A stretch of DNA of 64,000 nt, from positions 12,272 to 76,271 of the forward strand of contig CDMY01000439.1 in assembly GCA_001179505.1 (NCBI GenBank). Reading direction: 5' to 3'. Positions 62,151 through 64,000 of this stretch are shown here, piece by piece (the stretch's first letter is position 1; each line of letters starts with the position of its first letter). The notes below the pieces were generated by a model. That model had not been told where the DNA came from. It searched no databases and saw only the letters and a program-made list of their open reading frames with translations. Made by a program: the position numbers and the translations under genes. This DNA is from Vitrella brassicaformis CCMP3155. Lineage: Eukaryota; Protista; Chromerida.

Positions 62151-63656
62151 TCACTCTCGTCTCCCACTCGCCCTTCTTCTCATCACCTTGTGGTTTGTAT
62201 TGGTCGCGGACGTCCCGTTTTTCCACCGCACATAGATGGTCCATGCAAACGACCCGACTCGCCATGAAACCGTCACCAGAGTGAAGAAGGCCGAAACGAT
62301 AAAGAGCATCGGGTTGCTGGCCTCCGTCGCCCACACGATCGTCAGCACCAAGATAGGCACTTCCAGCAGGGCAAAGGCCACAATCCAGATGTGCTGGCAG
62401 AGGGAGGGAGAGCCGCGGATGCCGTAGTGAATGAACAGCGACACGAAGTCAGCCAGCGATAAGCCCAGAATGACGCTGCCGACAACTAGATATCCTTGCT
62501 CTTCTCGTAGGTCTTGCGCTTCACTTTCTAGACGACTTCTCGTGGTCGCCACGCACTCCTCATCATCATCACTCAACGGATATTTGGGGTACCCACAAAT
62601 AGCAAATGCACGAGGCCATGGATCATATTGGAACCAGCTGCTTATTTCCACCCCCACCGCCGCATCGGTAATGAGGTCCACGGCCATTCCCACGACGGCC
62701 AGCAGTTTATACAACCGAATGAAAGTGAGATAGTCCATCCCTTTGAGCCACCGCTTGACCACCGAGCGGTAGAGGAAGGGCTCTGTCTGCCGAGCCTTGG
62801 CTATGCGCTCGGCCGTCGCCGAGGGTCGCCACCCTGCCCGACGGCAGCGGCACGAGAGCCGATTGTGATCGACGTCGATTTCCCTTCCACCCGTCGGGCT
62901 GGTCGACGCACGGGCAACTCGCGGCTCCGACAAGACAACAAAGAGAGCGAACTGCAGAAGCACCGCACCAGCCACCCACGCCAGTGTGGCTAAGGGGTCA
63001 CCTGATTCGTTAGGACGACCGCCGTCCCAATAGAATAACTCCTTGTGGAGAGGGTTGAGCTGCTGACGAAACAAGAAATAGATGACAATGATGAGGACAA
63101 TCGAGCAGTAGATGACGCATCGGATGCCCCACCAAAGAGGCGGTGCGCACAGACTTCCCAATCCAATCAAGAGCATCAGAAAGGGCGGTGTCCATATCAC
63201 AAACGCCGACTCGGAAACAACGAGCAGCCGAATATCCTCCTCGTGCTCCATGGCAAAGCGGAAGAAGTAGAACCAGCCACCCGACCACCAGAGTGCATAG
63301 ATCACGACGAGGCCGATGATGAGAAGGAAATGCCTCAGAGGGTAGTCCGTCAGCCACAAGGTCACACAGCCAATCCGCAGCACCAGAAAGCCCCACAGAT
63401 CGCCCTCCTCAAGCGAAGCATCGCCAAGCGGAGCCCGGCCGTCCACTGCAGGGGTGGAGACCGATGTCGAGATGGTGGTGGGAATCTCTGAGAACCGAGC
63501 GCCGCCCTCGCCATCTCCTTGAGCCTTTGGTTGATGCTCCGGTGACTCCACTGGCCTTGTCGTCAAGACGTCCACTTCAGAAGCTGATTGTCTGAGGACA
63601 TCTGGGGGATCAGCCGTGGCAGGAGGAGCGACGCTGACAGACGTGGGCGGCTTCAT
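62151..63656 (-). CDS. Intronless multi-pass membrane protein paralog 2 (intact), unknown family
   Basis: Long open frame from MKPPTSV (ATG 63656) with about 8-9 hydrophobic segments; extensive similarity to 30455-31999. Confidence 0.8.
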   Translation of the reverse strand: MKPPTSVSVAPPATADPPDVLRQSASEVDVLTTRPVESPEHQPKAQGDGEGGARFSEIPTTISTSVSTPAVDGRAPLGDASLEEGDLWGFLVLRIGCVTLWLTDYPLRHFLLIIGLVVIYALWWSGGWFYFFRFAMEHEEDIRLLVVSESAFVIWTPPFLMLLIGLGSLCAPPLWWGIRCVIYCSIVLIIVIYFLFRQQLNPLHKELFYWDGGRPNESGDPLATLAWVAGAVLLQFALFVVLSEPRVARASTSPTGGREIDVDHNRLSCRCRRAGWRPSATAERIAKARQTEPFLYRSVVKRWLKGMDYLTFIRLYKLLAVVGMAVDLITDAAVGVEISSWFQYDPWPRAFAICGYPKYPLSDDDEECVATTRSRLESEAQDLREEQGYLVVGSVILGLSLADFVSLFIHYGIRGSPSLCQHIWIVAFALLEVPILVLTIVWATEASNPMLFIVSAFFTLVTVSWRVGSFAWTIYVRWKNGTSATNTNHKVMRRRASGRRE

Positions 63657-63920
63657 ATCTGCCTCCACTCGGAGAGCCGATCTTGGAGATCGAGAGCCGT
63701 GCGAATAAAGATGCCTTGCGCGAATCTCTCTCTTGCCTTTGGGCGTTAGGGCAGACGCCGTATAACGCGCACACAACTCAAACCACTAAAAAGAGACAGT
63801 TCCACCTTAGATCAGTGGGCGCTCGACGTCGAGCTCTCTGACTAGCCTCTGGGTGTCTTGCGTATGTCTGGCTGTCATTCTCATATACCTGCAACCGTTG
63901 TCGACAGCGATTTTCTGACC

Positions 63921-64000
63921 TGTCAGGATTGCCAGCTTGGCAAGACGAACCACTGCGAGCTTGTGAGCTAGGGTAGATTGCTGTGTAACGGGTGGAGAGA
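63921..64000 (+). mobile_element. Start of a second copia LTR (5' or solo LTR), truncated by the window edge
   Basis: tgtcaggattgccagcttggcaagacgaacca.tgcgagcttgtgagctagggtagattgctgtgtaacgg is near-identical to 27410-27480 and is not preceded by a PPT. Confidence 0.9.

Noticed and set aside
1-64000. CRISPR arrays, tRNA, rRNA
   Set aside because: No regularly spaced repeat-spacer array, cloverleaf or rRNA-like segment seen by eye; tRNAscan-SE and Infernal were not run.

Overview
GC-rich, intron-dense eukaryotic DNA. The short introns full of (CA)n/(CAGA)n microsatellites, a flagellar central-pair gene and a signal+transit bipartite leader point to a chromerid alveolate such as Vitrella (inference, not verified). 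Recognisable genes: a QRT3-like pectin-lyase-fold protein, a SPAG17/PF6-like flagellar protein, two head-to-head polycystin-1-like GPS receptors with different ectodomains, an RsmB/NSUN m5C RNA methyltransferase and a CAX Ca2+/H+ exchanger. The region from about 14 to 34 kb, plus both window ends, is a gene birth/death zone. It holds a tandem pair of putative plastid-targeted genes with different frameshifts, two paralogous intronless membrane-protein genes (one with a nonsense codon), internally duplicated orphan exons, a PNGase/PLA2-like chimeric relic, a Ty1/copia remnant with a second LTR at the window end, and a perfect 49-bp hairpin. The most striking unexplained structure is a 0.6-1 kb non-coding module present three times. 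It has a CCAATTGG core and a leader-exon/intron arm, and each copy sits between divergently oriented, unrelated genes or gene relics, like a reusable bidirectional promoter cassette. Exon boundaries were read by eye and are approximate; no database searches were run, and all family assignments come from recalled motifs.
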